Shown in pieces: positions 1 to 7,723 of a stretch of DNA of 64,000 nucleotides (the first letter of the stretch is position 1; each line of letters starts with the position of its first letter). The stretch is taken from IMG/VR virus record IMGVR_UViG_3300019487_000028, positions 2,834-66,833 of that record. One strand, given 5' to 3'. The position numbers were made by a program, and so were the translations under genes. The notes below the pieces were generated by a model. That model worked only from the letters and a program-made list of their open reading frames with translations, was not told where the DNA came from and searched no databases. The DNA comes from a virus.

Positions 1-411
1 CCCTACAGGTGGCGCGGCCGATACAACGAGGACACTGACCTCTGCCTACAGGTGCTCTCCGGAGGGTGGTGCACGATCCTGGTCAACGCGTTCTCCATCA
101 AGAAGAGTGCGACTATGTCCATGAGGGGCGGGAACACCGACGAGCTCTACGAGGGGGACGGCCGCCTGGAGATGTCTCGAAGCCTCGAGCGAAGGTGGGG
201 CCCGTACGTGGTGTCTACGAAGCGCATGTTCAAGAGGCCGCAGCACTATGTCAGGTCGTCGTGGAGGAGGTTCGACACCCCACTGAAGCTTAAGCCTGGG
301 CTGGTGGTGAAAGACGGCCCGAACGAGTACGGCCTGAAGCTGGTCCAGGTAGCGCCAATCAAGAGTGAGAGGGTGAGGAAGATCCTCGAGCGGTCAAAGG
401 CCAAGCCGTGA
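1..411 (+). CDS. GREB1-like / TET-associated glycosyltransferase (TAGT), 5'-truncated by window edge
   Basis: Frame 1 is open from base 1: PYRWRGRYNEDTDLCLQVLSGGWCTILVNAF..KK.ATMSMRGGNTDELY. The NEDTD and GGNT motifs match this phage family as I recall it. Confidence 0.7.
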   Translation, partial: PYRWRGRYNEDTDLCLQVLSGGWCTILVNAFSIKKSATMSMRGGNTDELYEGDGRLEMSRSLERRWGPYVVSTKRMFKRPQHYVRSSWRRFDTPLKLKPGLVVKDGPNEYGLKLVQVAPIKSERVRKILERSKAKP

Positions 412-562
412 CTTGCGCCTGCTGCGGCTCGACCGAGTCCCTGAGGTGGAAGTTCACCGTGGAGCGCGGGTGGGTTTGCGACCGCTGCGCAGGAGGGCAC
501 GTCCACGTCATCAGAGTTAGAGAGGGTGATTTCAAGATGGTCTATGGGGAGATTCAACCTAC

Positions 563-988
563 TTGAAGCCGTTACTGGTCGGAGAAGACAACCCGCTCCG
601 CAGTGACCCCGTGTTCGCCCTCTACCCCCTCCCGGCAGGGAGGTCTGGGGACAGGCTGAGGAAGATCCTCGGTCTCACTTGCGGAGAGTACGTCCGGAAG
701 TTCTCTCGGGTGAACTTGTGCGGCGGGGCGTGGGCCTGGAAGGAAGCCCGGGCAGAGGCTTCCAAGATCATGACGGACCGCGTCCTGAGTGGAGCCCCGG
801 TAATCTTGCTGGGGGCCAAGGTCGCCGCCGCGTTCGGACTGCCGTCGACTCCGTTCAAGAAGTACGGCAGCGTCCTGGTGCTCCCACACCCAAGCGGGAG
901 GTGCCGAGTGTGGAACAAGAGGGGGAGCGCGGCCAGGGCACGAAGGGCGGTGTCCAACTTGATCGAAGAGCCCAGGAGGGGAGCATGA
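563..988 (+). CDS. Uracil-DNA glycosylase superfamily protein
   Basis: N-terminal LLVGEDNP, central VILLGAKVA, and C-terminal LPHPSG (UDG motif B). Confidence 0.65.
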   Translation: MKPLLVGEDNPLRSDPVFALYPLPAGRSGDRLRKILGLTCGEYVRKFSRVNLCGGAWAWKEARAEASKIMTDRVLSGAPVILLGAKVAAAFGLPSTPFKKYGSVLVLPHPSGRCRVWNKRGSAARARRAVSNLIEEPRRGA

Positions 989-1305
989 GGGACATCGTCG
1001 TCACGATTCCAAAGAGTAGGCTCGAAGCAGTCGCAGCAGAAGAGGCGATAGTAGAGCGTGCGGTCTCCAGAGGTGAGGCGTTTAACTACTTCTGGAAGGT
1101 CGGGAGGCTGCCTAAGGAGATACCACGGAGGATCTACTTCGTGTGGGAGGGCGCGGTGCGGGCCTTCCACGAAGTGAACCGCATGACTGTGGTGGGGGGG
1201 GCGAAGATCTTTATGGCCACGAAGATCCACGACATCGAGCCGATCCCGATGCGGGGGTTCCAGGGTAGGCGCTACTTCGACGAGTCAGAGTCCAGGCGGT
1301 CATGA
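985..1305 (+). CDS. Hypothetical protein, possible PUA/ASCH-like fold
   Basis: ATGA overlap with the upstream stop and GGAG RBS; ends with PIPMRGFQGRRY. Confidence 0.5.
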   Translation: MRDIVVTIPKSRLEAVAAEEAIVERAVSRGEAFNYFWKVGRLPKEIPRRIYFVWEGAVRAFHEVNRMTVVGGAKIFMATKIHDIEPIPMRGFQGRRYFDESESRRS

Positions 1306-1910
1306 ACTGGAAAGGCCCCGGTCTGGACCTAGCCCTAGTAGAGATCGCTTCTCTGAAGCGAGACCCGAAGAACGCCAGGAAGCACTCCCGACGCAGCTTG
1401 GACGCGATCAAGACGTCTCTGTCTGAGTTCGGCCAGCGGAAGCCCATCGTCGTCAGGGACGGGCTGGTGGTCGCCGGCAACGGGCTGCACCAGGCCGCCG
1501 AGGAGCTGGGTTGGACGCACGTCAGGGTGGTCTACGCGAGCGACCTCACCTCCGATCAAGCGCGCGAGTACGCCATCGCCGACAACCAGACCGGACTCCT
1601 CAGCGAGTGGGACTACGACGCCCTCGGGGAGCACTTCAGGGAGATCCAGGAAGACCGGCGCCTCCTCCTCGGGTTCGACCCGGAAGAGGTCAAGGCCCTG
1701 CTGGACGGGAAGTCTCCGGAGGAGTGGAGAGCTTCCCACGAGTGGGGGGGCGGCGACAGGCCAGAGATGGTATCGTTCCGGGCCACGGAGGACCAAGCTC
1801 AGACTATACGGGAGGCCCTGAAGTCACTCCGAGAGCGGGAGGGCGAGGACTCGATCCCAGACGGCAGGGCCCTCGAGCTGATCTGCGCGGACTACCTGAG
1901 CGGAGCCTAG
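1302..1910 (+). CDS. ParB/Sulfiredoxin N-terminal domain protein
   Basis: LKRDPKNARKH..IKTSLSEFGQRKPIVV..VVAGNGL..AA..LG..IADN. Confidence 0.85.
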   Translation: MNWKGPGLDLALVEIASLKRDPKNARKHSRRSLDAIKTSLSEFGQRKPIVVRDGLVVAGNGLHQAAEELGWTHVRVVYASDLTSDQAREYAIADNQTGLLSEWDYDALGEHFREIQEDRRLLLGFDPEEVKALLDGKSPEEWRASHEWGGGDRPEMVSFRATEDQAQTIREALKSLREREGEDSIPDGRALELICADYLSGA

Positions 1911-1925
1911 GTGTAGAATAGCCAC

Positions 1926-2135
1926 ATGGGTTCTTCCTCTGACCACGAGTGGGCTCCGAGGCTGGCCAAGAAGCCCACCATCTTGCCAAACGAGAGGGGC
2001 GGACGGTACGCACGGTTTAAAGGCGAGCGAGGGGCGAAGTGTAAGTCTAGGTCGGGACGGAAGAGGAAGGAGCACGACTTCGACCGGGACGGGAACTGCT
2101 ACTTCTGCCCGGCCAAGTCGAAGGGGGAAGAATGA
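1926..2135 (+). CDS. Small basic hypothetical protein
   Basis: Fits the coupled + strand gene run. Confidence 0.45.
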   Translation: MGSSSDHEWAPRLAKKPTILPNERGGRYARFKGERGAKCKSRSGRKRKEHDFDRDGNCYFCPAKSKGEE

Positions 2136-2584
2136 TGAGAACAACGACGGCGCTTGTCGCGGCCACGATCCTGGCGGCGACGGCCCACGGGAAGCCGGAC
2201 CAGTACCAGGTCAGGGTCCACGGCAGGGTCAACCTGGCCGGCCCGAAAGGCTACTCGACGGTCATGGTGGTGGCCGAGATCAAGGGAGACGTCACCGAGG
2301 AGAACTACTGCGTCCACGCGGAGTTCGACCTCGGAGACGGCACCAAGCCGAGCTCCCAAGACTCAGACTGCCCGGCGTGGGACGACTACCTGAGGCAGCA
2401 GTCCAGGTACGAGCTCTGCGTGGACAACAGCCGAGAGCCGGAAGAGTGCCGCGAAGAGTACGAGCTGCAACGCGTGTGGAGGTTCATCAGGAACTACGTC
2501 CCCGGAGACCACCAGGTGGTGGTACGCTTCAAGCTCGGAGAGAAGACGGTCAGCACCCAGCAGGCGAGGTTCAGGGTGGTCTAG
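2132..2584 (+). CDS. Secreted protein, PKD/Ig-like
   Basis: N-terminal signal-peptide-like segment; FDLGDGT and YVPGDHQVVV resemble PKD strands. Confidence 0.55.
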   Translation: MMRTTTALVAATILAATAHGKPDQYQVRVHGRVNLAGPKGYSTVMVVAEIKGDVTEENYCVHAEFDLGDGTKPSSQDSDCPAWDDYLRQQSRYELCVDNSREPEECREEYELQRVWRFIRNYVPGDHQVVVRFKLGEKTVSTQQARFRVV

Positions 2585-2585
2585 G

Positions 2586-2900
2586 ATGCGGTCACTGGCG
2601 TTGGTAATGTCGCTCTCGGCCGCTGCGTTCGCCGGAGAGCAGCCCGTCCACTGGAACTCCAAGAACAAACCCGTCGTCGTCCTGGCCGACCGGGACAGGT
2701 CAGACCCCGAGGAGTACCGCTACGTACTGGTCAACGCCCGCCACGAGGAGTACTGCTTGGTGGTAGACCGACACGACGGACGGATCTGGCTCTGCGACCA
2801 GAGGGCCGGGAACGAGGTCCGGTACAACTCCCAGGGCCAAATACTGCTCGGGTCTTGCGCCCAGGTCTATGACGGCCCGGTACTCGTGCGTGGGAAGTGA
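2586..2900 (+). CDS. Secreted hypothetical protein
   Basis: Signal peptide MRSLALVMSLSAAAFA. Confidence 0.55.
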   Translation: MRSLALVMSLSAAAFAGEQPVHWNSKNKPVVVLADRDRSDPEEYRYVLVNARHEEYCLVVDRHDGRIWLCDQRAGNEVRYNSQGQILLGSCAQVYDGPVLVRGK

Positions 2901-3145
2901 CGGACCCGCTCAGGCACTTGGTCATAAGGGACTGCAACATCTGCCGAGAGCGGGCTCCGGTAAGGTACTGCCACCGGTGCGGCGCGTGGCTCTGCACTCC
3001 CTGCCGCAAGTCGTGGTGGCGGAGGGCGAAGGCTGCCTTCTGGAAAACTACGGGGTGCAGGCCGTGCGGGTCGCAGTCCGCTAGACAACTGATCCTGAAG
3101 GTGTTAAAGTCTCTCGGGTTGGGACAGAGGAGGAGTGGGCCGTGA
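2897..3145 (+). CDS. B-box-like zinc-finger protein
   Basis: CNIC..YCHRC..LCTPC; GTGA overlap with the upstream stop. Confidence 0.55.
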   Translation: MTDPLRHLVIRDCNICRERAPVRYCHRCGAWLCTPCRKSWWRRAKAAFWKTTGCRPCGSQSARQLILKVLKSLGLGQRRSGP

Positions 3146-3354
3146 AAGAGTACCCGCCGTATTCCGTGGGGAGAGCCTACCCGGTGGGGGAGTCCGAGTC
3201 ACTGGGGAACGTCCTCGCAGAACTCCGAGCCATGCGGAAGTCGATGGAGAGGCTCGAGGTCTTCTTCGAAGAAGCAGTCAAACTAGCGAAGGAGTTCGGC
3301 ACCAAAGGGGCGAAGTCTGGGCGTCGCTGTGGTGGGAAGGAGGACTTGGGTTGA
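3142..3354 (+). CDS. Hypothetical protein
   Basis: GTGA and TTGA overlaps with both neighbours. Confidence 0.55.
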   Translation: MKEYPPYSVGRAYPVGESESLGNVLAELRAMRKSMERLEVFFEEAVKLAKEFGTKGAKSGRRCGGKEDLG

Positions 3355-4292
3355 GATACTTCAGGTTCGTGGTGCCCGGCGACGAAGTCCACCTCTACCC
3401 GTTGCCTTGCTGGCACATCGGAGCCAGGCAGTCGTCGGAGGGGTTCATAAGGCACGTACTGAAACTGATCCGGGAGGACCCGCTAGCCAGGTGGATCTAC
3501 CTCGGTGACGGCGGGGAGTGCGCCCTGAAGAACTCCAAGGGCAACATCTACGAGCAGCTCATGAACCCCGGAGAGCAGCTCCGCACGGTGGCTGCACTGT
3601 TGGCTCACGTCAAGGACAAGGGCTTGTTCGGGATCAGGGGTAATCATGGCAACCGGATCGACAGGGAGACCGGCCTCGGGTGGGACGAGATGCTCTGCTC
3701 CAGGATCGTAGTACCGTACCTCGGGGTCTCGTCGTTCGGGACCATCGAGCTCAGACCAGACGCCGGGCCGGGAGTCCCCGTCTCGGTCTACGTGCACCAC
3801 GGGTCTTCGTCGTCGGTCAGCGTCGGGGGGAAGTTCAACGCGGCCAAGAAGCCCGAGGCTTACTCCATGGCGGACGTGACACTGACGGCCCACACTCACA
3901 TGTTGGCCGAGGTCCCTGAGCGCCTGGTCGCGTGGGTGAATCACGAGTCGTTCCGGGTGGAGTGGAAGCGACTCTACGGGTTCGTCTGCGGGTCGGCCTA
4001 CGACTCTCGGTCGGGCTACGCCGAAGAGAAGCAGTACCCTCCGATAGTCCCGGGGCACATGGTGGTCAAGCTGAAAGTGCTCCAGGAGGGCCACTCGCGC
4101 AGGATCGTCGTGTCAGGCGAAAAAATCCGGGGCATCGGCGAGGAGTTCACCGACGACCGGGAACTGATGAAGTGGACGCTGTCCGCGGCCCAGGGGGTGA
4201 AGGGGACGATCGACGACGAGCCGAGACCCTGGGTCGACACGAACCTGGACGACTTCGTGCTGGTCGACCCAGAGCCGGAGGTGCAGTCGTGA
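3351..4292 (+). CDS. Calcineurin-like metallophosphoesterase
   Basis: CWHIG, YLGDGGE, GNH, HHG and AHTH motifs; probable TTG start overlapping the upstream stop. Confidence 0.8.
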   Translation: MRYFRFVVPGDEVHLYPLPCWHIGARQSSEGFIRHVLKLIREDPLARWIYLGDGGECALKNSKGNIYEQLMNPGEQLRTVAALLAHVKDKGLFGIRGNHGNRIDRETGLGWDEMLCSRIVVPYLGVSSFGTIELRPDAGPGVPVSVYVHHGSSSSVSVGGKFNAAKKPEAYSMADVTLTAHTHMLAEVPERLVAWVNHESFRVEWKRLYGFVCGSAYDSRSGYAEEKQYPPIVPGHMVVKLKVLQEGHSRRIVVSGEKIRGIGEEFTDDRELMKWTLSAAQGVKGTIDDEPRPWVDTNLDDFVLVDPEPEVQS

Positions 4293-4552
4293 TCCCTCGT
4301 GAGAAACCGGAGTCTCTCAGGTCAGACTACATCGAGCGGTTCGAGCCCACCAAGTTGGAGCCGCCGTCCAGGGAGGATACCAGACCAAAGAAGCGGATCA
4401 TCGACGAGGCCGCGCTGGCGCAGCTGGAGGACAGGATCGACGAGGCGCTGAGGTCTGGAGCTTCTACCACCCAGGAGATAGCGGACCTCCAGAGGGAGCG
4501 GTTGGCCTTAATTTACGGGGAGGACTTGATCGGGTTTTACGAGTCGTATTGA
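4289..4552 (+). CDS. Hypothetical protein
   Basis: GTGA overlap; helical acidic C-terminus. Confidence 0.5.
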   Translation: MIPREKPESLRSDYIERFEPTKLEPPSREDTRPKKRIIDEAALAQLEDRIDEALRSGASTTQEIADLQRERLALIYGEDLIGFYESY

Positions 4553-4563
4553 GATCGAATCGC

Positions 4564-4663
4564 GGCGAGGCGTGGCAAGGCTTGGCGAGGCGTGGCTCGG
4601 CGTGGCAAGGCAAGGGACGTACCCTCGGGGAGTCGGCGCGAGCCGATGATAGACCGAGGGGGT
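4564..4663 (+). ncRNA. GGC-NN array 1 (10 units) plus conserved 3' stem-loop; putative guide RNA
   Basis: NN = GA GT AA TT GA GT TC GT AA AA, then GGGACGTACCCTCGGGGAGTCGGCGCGAGCCGATGATAGACCGAGGG. Confidence 0.8.
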
Positions 4664-4691
4664 TATGGATTTGAGAGAGAGAGAGTATGTG

Positions 4692-5258
4692 ATGAGTAAC
4701 GACTCCAAGAAGTACGCGGTACGGTTCGAGGGCAACAAGCCGATCCTGTTCGACCGGTACGCCGGAGACAACAAGACGAAGCTTCCGGCGCAGGACAAGT
4801 TCTACTTTGGTCCTGACGGCAAGACTCTGGTGATCCCGGCGTTCAACTTGAATTCAATGTTATCCGCAGAGAACACCAAGTCTGTATGCAAGCTCCTGAT
4901 GGGCCGGAGCGGACGACAGGTCGGTCAGGCCCTGGGGTCGAACCTGGAGATCACGCCGGCCGACATCCCGCTGCTGGGGGAGGGCGACAAGCCCCTCGTC
5001 TGGGCCGGGAAGTTCGATGGTCAGTTCGGAGTCCGGCACGACGTAGCCAGAGTAAAGAACGGAGTCCCCGTCCCCAAGGAGCGGCCGTTCGTCAGGCTTC
5101 CGTGGGCGATCGACTTCGAGATCGGCTGGACCAAGCACCCCGACGTCTCCTACGACACACTGAAGAACGTCTTCGAGCTGGCCCAGAAGATCGGCCTGGG
5201 GACGTTCCGGCCATTCTTCGGGACTTTCGTACTGGTCAAATTCAAGGAGATTTCGTAA
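4692..5258 (+). CDS. Stand-alone Cas7/RAMP-like protein (Vipr-like), putative guide-RNA-binding effector
   Basis: RAMP-like beta1 YAVRFEGNKPILF, LVIPAFNL motif and C-terminal Gly-rich loop IGLGTFRPFFGTF; flanked on both sides by GGC-NN arrays. Alternative start at 4665. Confidence 0.7.
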   Translation: MSNDSKKYAVRFEGNKPILFDRYAGDNKTKLPAQDKFYFGPDGKTLVIPAFNLNSMLSAENTKSVCKLLMGRSGRQVGQALGSNLEITPADIPLLGEGDKPLVWAGKFDGQFGVRHDVARVKNGVPVPKERPFVRLPWAIDFEIGWTKHPDVSYDTLKNVFELAQKIGLGTFRPFFGTFVLVKFKEIS

Positions 5259-5262
5259 CCGC

Positions 5263-5302
5263 GGCATTGCGCGGCTTGGCTCGGCGAGGATTGGCAAGGC
5301 AA
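5263..5302 (+). repeat. GGC-NN array 2 (8 units, two degenerate), no conserved tail
   Basis: GGC AT TGC GC GGC TT GGC TC GGC GA GGA TT GGC AA GGC AA, starting 5 nt after the RAMP stop codon. Confidence 0.7.
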
Positions 5303-5316
5303 AGGGAGGTTCGGCT

Positions 5317-5629
5317 ATGAAGTGGGCGGTGTGGGCTGTGGGCAGCGATCTTGTTGACGCAGAACTTGTCTTTCACCCTGGTCAGCAGGGCCAGGAACTC
5401 CGGTAGCTACGCGTGGCACGCGGTGGCGGCGGTCGGCTCCAACGGGGTGTGGATCCTGAGTCAATTTTTCCTAATCGAAAGTATCGTGTCGGCCATGAAG
5501 GCGGCCACGCTCTGGCCTGCCGTCGGGCTCGGTGCGTTCTACACGACCTTCACGGTGCTGGGGTCTCTGCTCGGGCACTACGTGGCCATCCGGTACATCG
5601 AGAAGGGTCGGAGGAAGGTCGGCGCGTGA
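5317..5629 (+). CDS. Small multi-pass membrane protein, apparent +1 frameshift near 5341
   Basis: ATG at 5317 with AGGGAGG RBS reads MKWAVWAV. Removing one G continues as AAILLTQNLSFTLVSRARNSG, with three hydrophobic segments. Confidence 0.55.
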
Positions 5630-5889
5630 AGAAGATCCGGCTGCGGCGCGTGACGGCTCCACACTACGTTGTCGAGGGGATGGTTGAGAGCCGCTCCGCA
5701 CGCCGACTGCTCTCTCAGTGTGGGGATGCCACGGACGCGATCGTAGCTACTCGTAGCGGTAGGCTAGTGGGCTTTGTCCGATGGTTCGACGAAGACGGGG
5801 AGGCGGTCTCTGCCGGAACGTGGGTAGACCCGAAGCTCAGACGCCGGGGTCTGGCGAAGCGCATGTGGCGATGCGCCACGTTGAGTTGA
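5626..5889 (+). CDS. GNAT-family acetyltransferase-like protein (possibly frameshifted into 5975)
   Basis: LVGFV..AGTWVDPKLRRRGLAKRM is GNAT motif A (R/QxxGxA). Confidence 0.6.
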   Translation: MKKIRLRRVTAPHYVVEGMVESRSARRLLSQCGDATDAIVATRSGRLVGFVRWFDEDGEAVSAGTWVDPKLRRRGLAKRMWRCATLS

Positions 5890-6008
5890 TGCAGCTAGTA
5901 ACCTGCACCAAGAGCGGACTCGCACTGGCCACGACCGTGCAAGAGATGCATGTGGGACGGGTGGTTATTTCATGAAACAACTTCGTCCGACAAGACAACC
6001 GGTGAGCA

Positions 6009-6245
6009 TTGAACGACGCTGAAGAAGAGAACCTCCAGGGCTGGGTGGCGATGTGCTCCCGGGGCTACCCCGGGCTGATCCTGGGGAACACCCGGCAGTC
6101 CGTGACCTACCCGGACGGGAACACCGGGACGGCCTGGACCGGGATCCACCTCGACCCGGACATCTTCGGTCAGCCGTGGTCCAGCCGGAACCCGAAGCTG
6201 ATGTACAGGGCGTACAGTCCGACTCGGGCAGCAGAACGTTTTTGA
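6009..6245 (+). CDS. Hypothetical protein (true start possibly 5972 with a frameshift)
   Basis: Protein-like composition. Confidence 0.45.
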   Translation: MNDAEEENLQGWVAMCSRGYPGLILGNTRQSVTYPDGNTGTAWTGIHLDPDIFGQPWSSRNPKLMYRAYSPTRAAERF

Positions 6246-6276
6246 ACAGGGTGGCAGAACAAGTTTTCGTAACCGC

Positions 6277-6394
6277 GGCAGTGCACGGCGTGGCGAGGCA
6301 CGGCGCGGCGAGGCACGGCACGGCACGGCACGGCAAGGCAAGGGACGTACCCTCGGGGAGTCGGTCCGACGCGGGACTGATTATTGACCGAGGG
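6277..6394 (+). ncRNA. GGC-NN array 3 (13 units) plus variant stem-loop
   Basis: NN = AG AC GT GA AC GC GA AC AC AC AC AA AA; tail CCCTCGG...CCGAGGG. Confidence 0.8.
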
Positions 6395-6422
6395 AAACTA
6401 GGTTCTTGACGGGAGGGATGAG

Positions 6423-6719
6423 TTGAATTTCGAATCACCGGAAGAACATCGTGAATCAATCGTCGAAGAGTTCTCGGCAGCGTATCGGGAAAAATACAAC
6501 CGGGGTCAGGCCGAGCACGGCGGGAACTTATGGCGAAAAGACAACCTGAGCTTCGCCAAAGAAGAAGTCCTCGATTTCGCCAGCTACGTTTTCACCGCAG
6601 ACTGGCAGCGCCGTAAGGCCCTGCGGCTACTGGAGCTCGCGGTCCAGTCGCCGGAGACCTTGCAGTACGTCTACGAGGCGATGTCGGTCCTGAGGGGCGA
6701 GTCTGGCCTGGGGACATGA
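6423..6719 (+). CDS. Hypothetical protein, possible MazG-like nucleotide pyrophosphatase fold
   Basis: KY..GQAEHGG..AKEEVLDFASYV acidic helical motif. Confidence 0.4.
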   Translation: MNFESPEEHRESIVEEFSAAYREKYNRGQAEHGGNLWRKDNLSFAKEEVLDFASYVFTADWQRRKALRLLELAVQSPETLQYVYEAMSVLRGESGLGT

Positions 6720-7261
6720 GCCGGAAACGGGCCGGGATCGACCTCGACGGGGTCTGCTACGACTGGGATTCTTCCGCGAAGTTCCTGCTGTCGCACAGCT
6801 TCGGCTACTCCCTCGACGTGACCACGAGGTGGAACCACATAAAGGACTCCGTACACGCGGTCCACTGGGAGTGGCTGTGGACTGAGGGCGTGAAGCTCGG
6901 ACTCTTCCGCCACGGGAACCTCTACCGGGGGAGCATCGAGGCGCTGCGGACGCTGGACAGGAAGGGCCACAACTTGGTCATTATCACGACCAGGCCGGAC
7001 TCGGCCAGGGTCGACACCCTGGACTGGCTGTCATACCACAAGATCCCGGCGAAGGAAGTCCACGTCCTAGGCCAGGGTGCCAACAAGGCCAACGTCGAGT
7101 GCGACTGGTACGTCGACGACATGCCGAACAACGTCTCGGACATCTGCGCCGCCGGGAAGACCGCCTACCTCTTCGACCGTTCCTGGAACCGAGAATGCCG
7201 CGACGGGGTCCGGGTCGCGTCCTGGGCCGAACTCCTCTACCACCACGGGATAGTCTTCTAG
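6716..7261 (+). CDS. HAD-superfamily 5'(3')-deoxyribonucleotidase (NT5C-like)
   Basis: GIDLDGV (DxD), IITTR and YVDDMP motifs. Confidence 0.85.
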   Translation: MSRKRAGIDLDGVCYDWDSSAKFLLSHSFGYSLDVTTRWNHIKDSVHAVHWEWLWTEGVKLGLFRHGNLYRGSIEALRTLDRKGHNLVIITTRPDSARVDTLDWLSYHKIPAKEVHVLGQGANKANVECDWYVDDMPNNVSDICAAGKTAYLFDRSWNRECRDGVRVASWAELLYHHGIVF

Positions 7262-7282
7262 AGAGAAGAGTAAACTGGAGGC

Positions 7283-7456
7283 ATGGCCTCCCTCTTCGAC
7301 GAGAGAGTCATGTACCTAATGAGGGGAGACATCGCGCGGGTCGAGCTGTGCCAGAGACTCGTGACGGCGCTGGACGAGATCGAAGACTTGAAAAAGTTGA
7401 TTGACAGCATCTCTCCGGCGGTATATGATCAGCCGTCGTCGGGGGGGCTGAGGTAA
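7283..7456 (+). CDS. Small hypothetical protein
   Basis: GGAGG RBS; 57 aa; the 3' end overlaps tRNA-Trp. Confidence 0.4.
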   Translation: MASLFDERVMYLMRGDIARVELCQRLVTALDEIEDLKKLIDSISPAVYDQPSSGGLR

Positions 7457-7515
7457 CGGCAGCCGGAGGGCCTCCAAATCCCTCAGTCTGGGTTCGACCC
7501 CCAGGTCCCCCGCCA
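7442..7515 (+). tRNA. tRNA-Trp(CCA)
   Basis: Acceptor GGGGGGC/GTCCCCC; loop CTCCAAA; TTCGA T-loop; CCA end. Confidence 0.85.
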
Positions 7516-7536
7516 ACTGGAAAGACTCAATCGCGT

Positions 7537-7650
7537 AGCGAGGCAGAGCCAGGCGGGGCGGGGCGAGGCGTGGCTAGGCGAGGCATGGCCCGGCAAGGCA
7601 AGGGACGTACCTTCGGGGAGTCGGCGCGGCCGATGATAGACCGAGGGGTC
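7537..7650 (+). ncRNA. GGC-NN array 4 (13 units) plus stem-loop
   Basis: NN = GA AG CA GG GG GA GT TA GA AT CC AA AA; directly after tRNA-Trp. Confidence 0.8.
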
Positions 7651-7723
7651 GTGGCTCGGCGGTATTGAATCTGCCGAGAGCCGGCCGGAAGCTGGAGCCG
7701 GCACCAGGCGTGGCCGGGGGACA

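Noticed and set aside
1009-1050. Possible self-target of array 7 (VAAEEAIV versus VAAAAEAIP under an NN-x code)
   Set aside because: Several dinucleotide mismatches in a low-complexity GC-repeat guide; consistent with chance.
4508-4798. ORF-track proteins with PCRAVPCLA or ARRGAARHG repeats (also 5965-6459, 7483-7872, 10475-10783, 12740-13225, 15658-16194, 54049-54303)
   Set aside because: These are chance translations of the GGC-NN arrays and neighbouring tRNAs. They have no RBS or family motifs, and the covarying tail points to RNA function.
7655-7680. Hairpin with a TTGAA loop as a possible tRNA-Phe
   Set aside because: 8-nt loop, no acceptor stem, T-arm or CCA.
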